This document shows positions 19,124-27,677 of a stretch of 64,000 nucleotides of DNA, piece after piece. The stretch lies in the NCBI GenBank assembly GCA_964609965.1, contig CAZSTS010000003.1:199537-263536 (forward strand), written 5' to 3'. A model generated the notes under the pieces. It did no database searches, was not told the origin of the DNA, and saw nothing but the letters and a program-made list of their open reading frames with translations. The stretch is from an uncultured Nitrospirales bacterium. GTDB lineage: Bacteria > UBA10199 > JADGCS01. Every line of letters starts with the position of its first letter. Positions within the stretch are counted from its first letter, which is position 1. The translations under genes and the position numbers were made by a program.

Positions 19124-20089
19124 CTATTCCATATCTGCAATTCCCGTACCTTCTGTGTTAGAAGCTTGTCTGTTATCGCTAATAGGATGTTTTCCAAAAA
19201 CAGTGTGGCGTGTTCGTGATTTTCCTGATTCTCGTTGTGGAGAATCTAGAACATTAAGAGTTGGACCGTTTCGTGTTTGATACGTGGTGAGGCTTTGGCC
19301 AAGTGTTCCATCAATCCCTTCGGTCAATTCATCGAGTTCCATTGCAAGAGCTAATGTTTCGGGACGATATTCAGTGTTCGAAAGATTTTCATAGGGTTCT
19401 TCGAGTTCAATTGATTCAGCACCAGGAAAATCTGCAAAGGCATCAAAGGGTTCTACATCAGTAGCATCTGCGAGGGCATCAAGGGGTTCAGCATCAGGAA
19501 CAGCCAAACCGCGAGCTTCAACCAGCGCATCATGGGATGTGTAAAACGAAAGTGAACCTGTGAGATATTCAAATCCTTCGTTTTCTCCGTTTCCTTTGTT
19601 TGGTTTTTGAATAATATAAGCAGCAGCGCCGTATTCTTCAGTGTTTCTTCCCAGATCTCTTTCTAAAACACCTAGGAGGCCTTCTGCTGGAATGGTTGTT
19701 GCGGTTAAAGTATAGCCTCCATCCTCTGGTTGATAATCTGCAAATCTTGTTAATTCGAGATCCATGAAGTTAGATATATCATCGGCAAAAATAGTTGTGT
19801 TGAAGGGCCTGTCTAGATTTGAAAATTCACCATCAGTTCGGGTCATTGTGACAGTTGCGCCTTCTTTGAGTGATTTTTGTCTAGCGCCGTTTGAGTCAGT
19901 GTACCATGTGTAGGCATCTGAGTTTGCTGATAAGGTACTGGGATCAACACCGTTTAATTCGGCAAGTCTTTCAAGGCTTGAATAATCCCAAGCCAAATTA
20001 GCTACGCTTTCAGCAGTAACTTCTTGATCACTATCTCTGACCATGTCTTCAAACTGTTCTCTAGTTGGTATTGTAAATTCTATTTGCAT
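19124..20089 (-). CDS. Hypothetical acidic protein (321 aa); distal gene of the unknown cluster
   Basis: ORF only, no recognisable domains. Convergent with the response regulator, with a 6-bp gap. Confidence 0.45.
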   Translation of the reverse strand: MQIEFTIPTREQFEDMVRDSDQEVTAESVANLAWDYSSLERLAELNGVDPSTLSANSDAYTWYTDSNGARQKSLKEGATVTMTRTDGEFSNLDRPFNTTIFADDISNFMDLELTRFADYQPEDGGYTLTATTIPAEGLLGVLERDLGRNTEEYGAAAYIIQKPNKGNGENEGFEYLTGSLSFYTSHDALVEARGLAVPDAEPLDALADATDVEPFDAFADFPGAESIELEEPYENLSNTEYRPETLALAMELDELTEGIDGTLGQSLTTYQTRNGPTLNVLDSPQRESGKSRTRHTVFGKHPISDNRQASNTEGTGIADME

Positions 20090-20319
20090 AATATCTCCTA
20101 ATCCTGTTTTTTAGCCCTGATTTTATGCCCTGTAGCGCTTGTTCTAAACAAGCTGTCACTATTTATATAAGCAAGATGCGTGCCAAAGTGACAAGTTTTA
20201 AGTTACTGTAATTACTTGTTAATTAATGTGGTGATTTGTTAAGAGATGTCTAAAGACCCCAAATTACAGAAAAAGAGGAGAAAATTGTCTGCAGGGTGTT
20301 GAAAATGTATATCTACGCG

Positions 20320-21807
20320 TCAGTAGTAGAGATAGGCTTTATTTTCATACGATTTAATGATGTCACCAAAGCAGTGTTGCTCAGAGAAGTAGGGTGTGAA
20401 ATGATTTGCCATGTCTTTTAAAAAACGACCATCGTAATATTCCTGGGCAGCATCAATTCCTTCTAAGTAAAATATTAGACAAAGGGCATTCATGCGATCA
20501 GTCATGTATTGATTTGCTTCTTTCATGGAACAGAACTCAGGTTTTTTATTGCCAGAGATTTTGGGCTCTGTTTTTTTCCACTCTTCTGCTGCCAATTCTT
20601 GAAAACGCTCGTCTCCATATAATTGACGTTGTTTCTCAAACAGGTAAACAGTATTTTCTATTAAATCTTGTGTTATGTCTAAAACATTTGAATAGCTGAA
20701 TTCGGATAAGGCTCTTTGACGTAGCTTCTTTGCTGGTTTTCCGCTGTGCAATTCTCTCCAGGCTATTTGATACATGCGTGGCTGATAAGGTTTGGGCATA
20801 TGCCTTGATTGAGAATCATAAAACACTCTCATGGGTGTATTGAAAAGAGGGCTTTCTTGAAAATTTTGATAGGAATTTTCGCTTAAGGTTTCTTGTCTAG
20901 CAAAGTCTCCTCTAAATTCATAAAAATCAGCATCTCTAAAGCCTTTGGTCATGATGTATACTTTAGTGCATAGAATTTCGGCATCAACTTCAGCTTGCAT
21001 GAGATTAGTTTCAGCTCCAGTTTCTGACATTTGGTATTCGTGATAACATTCATGGGCAAAAGCTGGAATAAAAGGGATGAGCGTTAATTCAGGATCGAAT
21101 GCCTTTAAAGGGTCAGTGAAATAAGGTTTTGGAAAATCAATGCGTCTTTGATGAGGGTTATAACTTGATTGGACAGCGATTACCCGGTGTGAGTCTTCGT
21201 CATAAGCAATTTTACCATCGAGAGCTCCAAAATTAAAGCGTCCTGACTCTATCCACTGTAATGTATAATCAAGAAAAGAATCGAATTCTCCATCAGGGAG
21301 GATGGCTTTGTTTCCTTGGGCTACCCAATGATCGTGAGTTTCTTTCACATTATTCATGGCCAGCCATGCAAGAGCAACAACTTGGGCTCCATTTTGATTG
21401 ATGCCGTGATAAGTGAGGAGAACAGGGATAAGTCTTTCTACAAGGTTTACAATATTGGAAATGCCTTCTGACGTTTTTTCGATGACTTGTGCGAGTGTGC
21501 CTAAGTCAAAATCTTCCCAACGTTCAAGTAAGGGATCAACTTGTCTTTTGAGAATTTTTTCTATGATTTCTAATCGCCAATTTCTAAAAGTGGGAGGGCC
21601 TGTTGGAGAACCTGATAATTCGTTAAGAATAGGGTTCCTATAATCACCCATATTCTTAAAATCATCCATCTCAAAGATGATGTCACCGTCATTCAACCTT
21701 GAAATTTCCAAGGCGGCCATCTCAATAGGAGATGCAATATTGCCAGCTTCTAGCGTAGCTTCAACATAGCCAAGATCTATGGATAATAAGTCTGAAGAAT
21801 ATGTCAT
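20320..21807 (-). CDS. Hypothetical 495-aa protein with a single HExxH motif (AHECYHEYQ); possible metallopeptidase-like
   Basis: ORF plus motif only. No signal peptide. Confidence 0.45.
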   Translation of the reverse strand: MTYSSDLLSIDLGYVEATLEAGNIASPIEMAALEISRLNDGDIIFEMDDFKNMGDYRNPILNELSGSPTGPPTFRNWRLEIIEKILKRQVDPLLERWEDFDLGTLAQVIEKTSEGISNIVNLVERLIPVLLTYHGINQNGAQVVALAWLAMNNVKETHDHWVAQGNKAILPDGEFDSFLDYTLQWIESGRFNFGALDGKIAYDEDSHRVIAVQSSYNPHQRRIDFPKPYFTDPLKAFDPELTLIPFIPAFAHECYHEYQMSETGAETNLMQAEVDAEILCTKVYIMTKGFRDADFYEFRGDFARQETLSENSYQNFQESPLFNTPMRVFYDSQSRHMPKPYQPRMYQIAWRELHSGKPAKKLRQRALSEFSYSNVLDITQDLIENTVYLFEKQRQLYGDERFQELAAEEWKKTEPKISGNKKPEFCSMKEANQYMTDRMNALCLIFYLEGIDAAQEYYDGRFLKDMANHFTPYFSEQHCFGDIIKSYENKAYLYY

Positions 21808-21933
21808 GTTTGTATACCCTGTATTTAGCCCCTGAGTAAAACCTGTATCGGGAGAGGGTTTGAGAAGTTGTGTGTTTTTTACAAGGTGCGTAAAAATATG
21901 GTTTTACTACATTTTTGGGATAGTTGGAGGGGG

Positions 21934-22398
21934 TTAGGCAGCTTTCTTAAAAACAATGTCTACAGTGCAATCCAGTGCTGAAAGTAATTTAATCATCTGA
22001 TCGATAGATTTGTTGTAAAAGGTTTGATCCAAAAGACGGTAGAATTGTGTGGGTGATGTTTGCATGCGTCTAATGATTTCGCGTTTATTGACTTTGTTTT
22101 TCTTAATAAGCTGTTGTGCTTTGAGAGTAAGCTTATAGAGAAGCATATTTGTTAAATAATCTAGGTCTGCATTATAGTCTAGTACCTGATCGATATGAAT
22201 CGTGTCTTCCTTTCCTGATTCTAAGGTATATGTAAAAGCCTCGTTTCCTAATTCGCTGTCAACGTATACATCACTAATTTTATTAGTAAGAGTAGGTTTT
22301 AATTTTAGACGAGAATAGGGGAATACGTATTCTTTGCTACTTGTTGTTAATTCGAAATGTTTTTTTTTGTTATTATATGTGATATTTTTAATCTTCAT
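21934..22398 (-). CDS. DUF2442-like N-terminal domain fused to a C-terminal HTH-like region
   Basis: N-terminal pattern (VDSELGNEAFTYTLESGKEDTIHIDQVLDY) resembles DUF2442. C-terminal region (REIIRRMQTSPTQFYRLLD...) is HTH-like. 4-nt ATGA overlap with the upstream DUF4160 gene. Confidence 0.5.
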   Translation of the reverse strand: MKIKNITYNNKKKHFELTTSSKEYVFPYSRLKLKPTLTNKISDVYVDSELGNEAFTYTLESGKEDTIHIDQVLDYNADLDYLTNMLLYKLTLKAQQLIKKNKVNKREIIRRMQTSPTQFYRLLDQTFYNKSIDQMIKLLSALDCTVDIVFKKAA

Positions 22399-22598
22399 AA
22401 TAAACCTTCTTTTTGTAATTCTACTATAATTTTTAATACACGTTTTGATGGGGTTCCGACCATGGCTTTGTTTTCATCAAGATCCCATTTGAGAATCAGT
22501 TTCTTATTATGATAAACATGAACATGGTTCCCATGATCGCCAATCCAACTTAGGAAAATGTAATTTCCTCTTTTTATTTTGCCCATAAATAGTACCAT
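22395..22598 (-). CDS. DUF4160-family small protein
   Basis: GKIKRGNYIFLSWIGDHGNHVHVYHNK closely matches the DUF4160 signature (..DHNPPHFH..). An alternative start lies at the second Met. Confidence 0.6.
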   Translation of the reverse strand: MVLFMGKIKRGNYIFLSWIGDHGNHVHVYHNKKLILKWDLDENKAMVGTPSKRVLKIIVELQKEGLL

Positions 22599-22786
22599 AT
22601 ATGTAACTATTTGTCAAAATAGTTCTTGTTGATATTCCTGCTGGTAGAGTGTTTTGCAAGGATGATGCCAAGAGATGAATATAATTAAAATCAATTAAAA
22701 CAACATTTTAAAGCGCTGGGTCATTTGAGTGAGTCTCATGAGATTGGGCGAGTCCCATTTTTGGGACTGATGGGACTAAAGTGGGA

Positions 22787-23614
22787 CTAATATAAAATCA
22801 AATATCCAGCTATAAATAGCCATGCCAGAAGATCAAATAGTCCTAAGGTAAGAAAAATAATAGACCAGATCACAGCAGATGTGCCTCTAAAGATGTTTGT
22901 TTCCCATTCACCAGGGATTCTAATTTCTTTTTTAAGGAAACCAATCAGAGCATAAAGAAAAAACCATGCATGAAGACCGATGAGCATGATACTAAAACTG
23001 AATCCAAAAAGTTTTAGTGCCAAAGGAGAGGTGAAAAAGAAAAAGAAGGCTGCCATGATAAGAAACAAAACAATTCCACAAAGAGATGCTTTTCTAAAAA
23101 TCAATTTTAAGTTTTGAAGTCTTGTGATTTTATTCTTTGAGGCAAGGGGTTTTAATTTATCAAGTCGTTTCAGTTCTCGTTCTTTATAGGCTTGTAGATC
23201 AAAGGTTCTAATGGCATCCCATTTTCTATCACTAATTTTCTTTATGTATTTAAGATCAGTTTTTCTCAAAAATCCTAAAACTTCAAAAAGCACAGATTCT
23301 CTGATTTTGTCTTCTGTGCTCAAAGGTGTTGTCTTGTTTTTGACCATCATGCCACAGCCAATAAAGATGCTGGCTAGAAACAGACCAAAGAAGAGGGCGA
23401 TTATTAAATAGATGAGACTGTCTGCTTTGTCTTGATAGCCAGTAAAGCCAAGATAGAGGCAAAAGAAGAAAACCAGTCCACCAAATAATAAACCAGTCCA
23501 ATACGCGTGTTTTCCAAAGCGTGTTTCTGCCCAGGCTACATATTTTTCGACTTCCACGTTTTGATTTTCTAAAATGGTTTGGGCTTGTTTTGAAAAAAGA
23601 TTTTTTAAGGACAT
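22787..23614 (-). CDS. Integral membrane protein (275 aa, about 5 TM helices with a basic cytoplasmic loop)
   Basis: Hydropathy pattern only. Confidence 0.5.
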   Translation of the reverse strand: MSLKNLFSKQAQTILENQNVEVEKYVAWAETRFGKHAYWTGLLFGGLVFFFCLYLGFTGYQDKADSLIYLIIALFFGLFLASIFIGCGMMVKNKTTPLSTEDKIRESVLFEVLGFLRKTDLKYIKKISDRKWDAIRTFDLQAYKERELKRLDKLKPLASKNKITRLQNLKLIFRKASLCGIVLFLIMAAFFFFFTSPLALKLFGFSFSIMLIGLHAWFFLYALIGFLKKEIRIPGEWETNIFRGTSAVIWSIIFLTLGLFDLLAWLFIAGYLILY

Positions 23615-23637
23615 GGTATTGTTTAATCAGAGATACA

Positions 23638-24669
23638 TTAGTCTTCGAAGAAAGTATCAATCCAAGGTGATTCTGGTTTTGAATTATCCCAAGGTCTCAG
23701 GCCTAAAAACTCTTCAGTAAAAGCCCAGGGGTTAATGCTAGAACCTGTTATCCCGTCTATCCAAAACTCTGTTACTTTATCACCTGCTTCTGGTACTGTG
23801 GCCATTTCAAGTGTAGGGTCCATGTCATCATCTTCAAGTGTAGGTACTCGAGTTGTTGGTGCAATCATAGATACATTGGTTGGAGTATGTCTGAAGCGCA
23901 TTTTGTCTCCAAATTGGACAATATCTCCTGTTTTAAGAGTCCATGCATAATACCCAGTTACTTCCTTAATCACAGATGCTGTCATCGTATATGGGTCAAT
24001 TTGAGTAATTCTAATATGATCGTTTAGCATTTCTTCCACGCTAGCTGGCTTATCGCGCGTTCTTTCATATTCTATCACATATATTTCAGTTGGTCTTGAG
24101 CGGCTTTTTAAATTGCGGATAATGTAAATAGGGATATTTTTGCTGAAAGTAGTTATACTGAATTCATCTTTTTTCTCCTCATATTGCATTGCCAATAAAT
24201 TACCTGAGCGTTGGAAGGAATAGCCCCCACGTTTTCTGAGATATCTAAAAATGGATTGTTTAAGAGGACCTACATCAGGTGTTAACAGGATGGGCACATA
24301 GCCTTTTTGTAAAGCCCTAGTTGTGAAAGCGCTAGAAGCCAGGTCTTTTATTTCAATTTGTGTGGGGAGAGTTGCGTGCCATGTACCAGCGGCGATGGCG
24401 CCAGCTGGTTCGGGGACAGCATGAGCTGATGACGCGACACCACGTTTGCTAGCGTCAGCTGCTAAACCTGGTGCGTCCGGGACAGCGCGAGCGGGACCTG
24501 ATCCACTGGGACCTACTAAAACAAAACCATCACTGTCTTCGTTGCACAAATTCGTTGATCCGTATTGGAGCAACCATTGCATTTTGGTGGGCATAGTTTG
24601 AAATACATCAGCTCCTGGCAAAGCAGTATTTCCAAAACCAAGAGTAGGATTTAAAGTTAAATAACTCAT
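23638..24669 (-). CDS. Hypothetical cytoplasmic protein (343 aa) with an internal Gly/Ala/Pro-rich linker encoded by a GC-rich patch
   Basis: No signal peptide. Degenerate P-loop-like string VLVGPSGSGPARA. Lies 23 bp upstream of the membrane protein gene. Confidence 0.5.
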   Translation of the reverse strand: MSYLTLNPTLGFGNTALPGADVFQTMPTKMQWLLQYGSTNLCNEDSDGFVLVGPSGSGPARAVPDAPGLAADASKRGVASSAHAVPEPAGAIAAGTWHATLPTQIEIKDLASSAFTTRALQKGYVPILLTPDVGPLKQSIFRYLRKRGGYSFQRSGNLLAMQYEEKKDEFSITTFSKNIPIYIIRNLKSRSRPTEIYVIEYERTRDKPASVEEMLNDHIRITQIDPYTMTASVIKEVTGYYAWTLKTGDIVQFGDKMRFRHTPTNVSMIAPTTRVPTLEDDDMDPTLEMATVPEAGDKVTEFWIDGITGSSINPWAFTEEFLGLRPWDNSKPESPWIDTFFED

Positions 24670-24671
24670 AA

Positions 24672-25331
24672 TTAAATAAATGTAGGCAGAACAAACGCTA
24701 CTACTTTTCCGTCATTTCTATTTTGTTTTAATTTGATTCTCTCTCCAGGAAATAAAGCAATGCTTTGTCCAGGTGTGAGTGGGAGCCATGTGCCAAGGTC
24801 ATCCATGAAATAAAAGATAAGATCACCCGAACGGTTTGTATTATGGTCTGTGTTAGTGAGGATCCATCTTGCTTTTCTTGTTCCTTTTGCTCTGTGTGGA
24901 TCGAGTTCAAAACTCACATCAAATTCTCTAAGAGAATTAAAGTCTGTTTTTAGAAGACGTTGACCAGTTCGTTCTGATTTTCTTCTTCTCGCTCTTATTT
25001 CTGTAGTGAGTAAGCCAATGAGTTGTTCACTCAATGTCATTCTTATTTCTGGTTCTAGATCCCAATACGAAGTTCCTCCAGAAGCATCAGGTCCTTGTTC
25101 TCCATATCTTTGCCTTACTCCAAAATCTAAATCATTTTCTGTATCCTCACATACAAATGAATCAAGACAGGCAAGTGGTAGTCTTGTTTGAGGTGTGTCT
25201 TGAAATAGAGCAGGATCAACTAATTGAAAGGCCTGTACGGTTTGTTCTCCTGTGCCTAGCCATTGAGCCATGTTAAGATAAAATAAACTCCCAGTGGCTT
25301 CGGGTCTAAAATTGGACATGTAACTGGACAT
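24672..25331 (-). CDS. Hypothetical cytoplasmic protein (219 aa), translationally coupled to the 343-aa protein
   Basis: 2-bp gap to the downstream gene. No known motifs. Confidence 0.5.
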   Translation of the reverse strand: MSSYMSNFRPEATGSLFYLNMAQWLGTGEQTVQAFQLVDPALFQDTPQTRLPLACLDSFVCEDTENDLDFGVRQRYGEQGPDASGGTSYWDLEPEIRMTLSEQLIGLLTTEIRARRRKSERTGQRLLKTDFNSLREFDVSFELDPHRAKGTRKARWILTNTDHNTNRSGDLIFYFMDDLGTWLPLTPGQSIALFPGERIKLKQNRNDGKVVAFVLPTFI

Positions 25332-25443
25332 TTTTCTCTAAAATTCCTTAGCTAACAAATTATTAACGGGTACACCTTGAACACAAATGATTTAGTCAAC
25401 TTATCGGTATATTAAACCATTTGTTTCGATGGGAAGGGAGATT

Positions 25444-25463
25444 TCGTGTCCTTGGGGACACGA
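25444..25463. promoter_or_regulatory. Perfect palindrome TCGTGTCC-TTGG-GGACACGA; candidate operator or UAS (internal copy)
   Basis: 8-bp perfect arms with a 4-bp spacer, about 115 bp upstream of the start of the 24672-25331 gene. Same motif as 27626-27645 and 27658-27677. Confidence 0.6.
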
Positions 25464-25465
25464 AG

Positions 25466-25505
25466 GAGTTTGGAGTGATGAGTAATGAGCGATGAGAAAT
25501 GACAT
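25466..25505. repeat. Tandem heptanucleotide array (ggagttt ggagtga tgagtaa tgagcga tgagaaa tgacata)
   Basis: 7-nt periodicity directly adjoining the palindrome. Confidence 0.6.
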
Positions 25506-25519
25506 AAGGCATATGTCTT

Positions 25520-26062
25520 TTATATCAATTCATAATAGAAATAACATGTCGAGTAAGTATTAGAAGGTTCGCAGACGCATTCAATGGATTCATCTGAGTG
25601 TTCTATGTTATAAATTTCACATTCACAGGGAAAAATAACAGAAGGGTGGCCATACCAGTCTAGGTAATTTGTTTCGAATTCAAATGTGTCGTCAGAATAA
25701 ATCACCGCATTCCATATGAGTTGGCCTGAGCTTGTTTCAAAGTCCATCATGTCATCATAGGAATAAACATCTAAGTATGTTGGTAATTCCAAATCAGGAT
25801 CATCATACCCGTAGTCATCGCATGTAGAATAATATTCATTAAGCTCATACGATCCAAAAAAGCTACGAGATGAACCCTTATAATAACTAGACCAATAGTC
25901 TAGGCCGCCTGAGGGATCATCTTCATCACAATCATCGTATTCCTCGTAGATGTACTCTGTTTCGGTGTATGAATAGACTTCATCATCATGCCAGTACTCA
26001 TGACAAGATGTGAGCATAAAAAATGAGATCAAACAGAAGCTTAATAATATATTTTTCATCAT
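25520..26062 (-). CDS. Extremely acidic Tyr/Asp/Glu/Cys-rich lipoprotein (180 aa)
   Basis: Lipoprotein signal (LTSC). The mature part is dominated by Y, D, E and 9 Cys (ECVCE, CEC). Confidence 0.55.
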   Translation of the reverse strand: MMKNILLSFCLISFFMLTSCHEYWHDDEVYSYTETEYIYEEYDDCDEDDPSGGLDYWSSYYKGSSRSFFGSYELNEYYSTCDDYGYDDPDLELPTYLDVYSYDDMMDFETSSGQLIWNAVIYSDDTFEFETNYLDWYGHPSVIFPCECEIYNIEHSDESIECVCEPSNTYSTCYFYYELI

Positions 26063-26086
26063 ATTTCCCTCACCTTGGAATCATGG

Positions 26087-26386
26087 TTACAAAATGATGT
26101 GCAAAAATCCAAACAACCCACAGTTTCTGTGGTGGTGTCGATTATAGCAGGGGTAAGAGCAACCATGTCCATGGCAACAACTTCTGTGGGAGTAGCGTGA
26201 GTAATGACGATGGTGTGATTTGTAATGTTTGACGTGTTTGGTTACATGTTTGTGGACATGTTTTTTATGGACGACGTGACTTTTATGGCTATGTTTGTGG
26301 TGTTTTTTAGCATAGCTGTCTGGGCTATGAAGCATGAGCATCGAAAAAACGACTATAACACTAATAATGAGTAGTACTTTCTGCAT
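26087..26386 (-). CDS. Hpn-like His-rich, Cys-containing secreted protein (99 aa)
   Basis: Signal peptide, then KKHHKHSHKSHVVHKKHVHKHVTKHVKHYKSHHRHY ... SCCHGHGCSYPC. Resembles His-rich Ni/Zn-binding proteins such as Hpn, including the CC-HGH element. Confidence 0.55.
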   Translation of the reverse strand: MQKVLLIISVIVVFSMLMLHSPDSYAKKHHKHSHKSHVVHKKHVHKHVTKHVKHYKSHHRHYSRYSHRSCCHGHGCSYPCYNRHHHRNCGLFGFLHIIL

Positions 26387-26577
26387 GATTCCCTCCTATT
26401 GTTAAAATCCCCTTAATTTCTGTGTTCTGAAAAGGTTAATCGATGGGAGGGCTGAAATAGTTTTAATTAATTGAGATTGATGTATTTATAGCGGAATATC
26501 GTAAATTATGCGAAGTTGTTGCTTGAGTGAGAAGTTAGCGCGGTTCTTTTTTCAACAAAAGAGATCCTTAAACAAGA

Positions 26578-27015
26578 TTAAAACTTCTTACCAGGTCCAC
26601 CGTGAATTTCAGGATATTTGGTTTTTTGAGTTTCTGAAGCAGCTTCTTCAGCTGGAAAAAATTCTGCGCCACCATTTGCTTTAAAGGCTCTTCGAGCACG
26701 CCAGTCTAGAATCCTGGTCACGTAATCTTGAGCAACTGATCTGGATTTTGTTTTTAATACAGCAGCTAGGTCTTGAGAGGCTCTGGCTAAACACTCAGCT
26801 TGTGAGGGATCTGCTTCAGGATCCTCTTTCACTAATTTACTACGACCATAATCAATGAATTCTTTTTTTTCTACATCTTCGTTGATGCCCCAGGTAGTAA
26901 AACCTTTTCCATTGTCAAAGAGTATAAGCTCAGGATGTAGGTCGTAATAATCGGTTTCTTTACTAGCTGCTGTTTCAAACGAAGCAAAGTTTACACATGG
27001 AAATTGGTCATACAT
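26578..27015 (-). CDS. Hypothetical 145-aa protein, paralog B of a tandem pair
   Basis: Shares blocks YYD..P.L..FDNG.G.TWG.N.DVEK.E...YGR, ARASQDLA.VL.TK..SVA.DYVTRILD and FKANGGA.FFPAEEAA with the neighbour. Confidence 0.55.
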   Translation of the reverse strand: MYDQFPCVNFASFETAASKETDYYDLHPELILFDNGKGFTTWGINEDVEKKEFIDYGRSKLVKEDPEADPSQAECLARASQDLAAVLKTKSRSVAQDYVTRILDWRARRAFKANGGAEFFPAEEAASETQKTKYPEIHGGPGKKF

Positions 27016-27083
27016 GGCATTTTTCCTTTACAATTTAGGAGATTGTTTTTTTGTTTAAAAACAAAAAGATGTCTAATAATATT

Positions 27084-27539
27084 TTACCATTTACGTGAGT
27101 TTTGTGGTGCAAAAAGTTCTGTGCCAGAATGACTAGGTTCGTCAGCTGCTTCTTCAGCAGGAAAAAACGCTGCACCACCATTTGCTTTAAATACTGTGGC
27201 TGCGTCTTTGTCTAGAATTCTGGTAACATAATCAGTGGCAACGCTTTTAGGTTTAGTTTGCAAAACCAGAGCCAGATCTTGAGAGGCCCTTGCTAAAGCT
27301 TCGGCATCTGTGACTTCTTTATCAGAATCACTAGCTTGCAATGCTTTTCTTCCGTATGCGGTAAGTTCACGCTTTTCTACATCACTATTGAGACCCCAGG
27401 TAAAAGCACCATCACCATTATCAAAGGGTTTGAGGTCAGGATTTTGGTCGTAATAACTAAGTTGCTTTTCAGCAGGGTTGTTAGCGACTTCAGGTGCAGT
27501 TTCATTTCTATATTGTGCGGATAGGGCTTCATCTAACAT
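27084..27539 (-). CDS. Hypothetical 151-aa protein, paralog A of a tandem pair; first gene of the cluster
   Basis: See paralog B. No signal peptide. Confidence 0.55.
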   Translation of the reverse strand: MLDEALSAQYRNETAPEVANNPAEKQLSYYDQNPDLKPFDNGDGAFTWGLNSDVEKRELTAYGRKALQASDSDKEVTDAEALARASQDLALVLQTKPKSVATDYVTRILDKDAATVFKANGGAAFFPAEEAADEPSHSGTELFAPQNSRKW

Positions 27540-27625
27540 AGTATTTCTCCTTCTAACGGGCTGACATTAATACAAGTGCCTTACTAGTATATTTATCGCA
27601 TGAAAAAAACTGAAGTTACGCGGGT

Positions 27626-27645
27626 GATGCAATTTTCGTGTCCTT
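27626..27645. promoter_or_regulatory. Palindrome TCGTGTCC-TTTG-GGACACAA; candidate operator or UAS (proximal copy)
   Basis: About 95 bp upstream of the start of the first cluster gene. One mismatch in the right arm. Confidence 0.55.
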
Positions 27646-27657
27646 TGGGACACAAGA

Positions 27658-27677
27658 TTTGAAGAAATCGTGTCCTC
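27658..27677. promoter_or_regulatory. Palindrome TCGTGTCC-TCAA-GGACACGC; candidate operator or UAS (distal copy)
   Basis: 32 bp centre-to-centre from the proximal copy, which is three helical turns. Confidence 0.55.

Noticed and set aside
23638-24669. The 343-aa protein as an ABC-type or P-loop NTPase
   Set aside because: Only a degenerate GPSGSGP string is present, lacking Lys. No Walker B or signature motif was found. It is most likely a low-complexity coincidence.
27540-27660. Sigma-54 -24/-12 promoter for the unknown cluster
   Set aside because: The best candidate (GGACACG-N4-TTGCAT, read on the minus strand) overlaps the palindrome itself and has GG-N11-GC spacing instead of N10. This is not convincing without TSS data.
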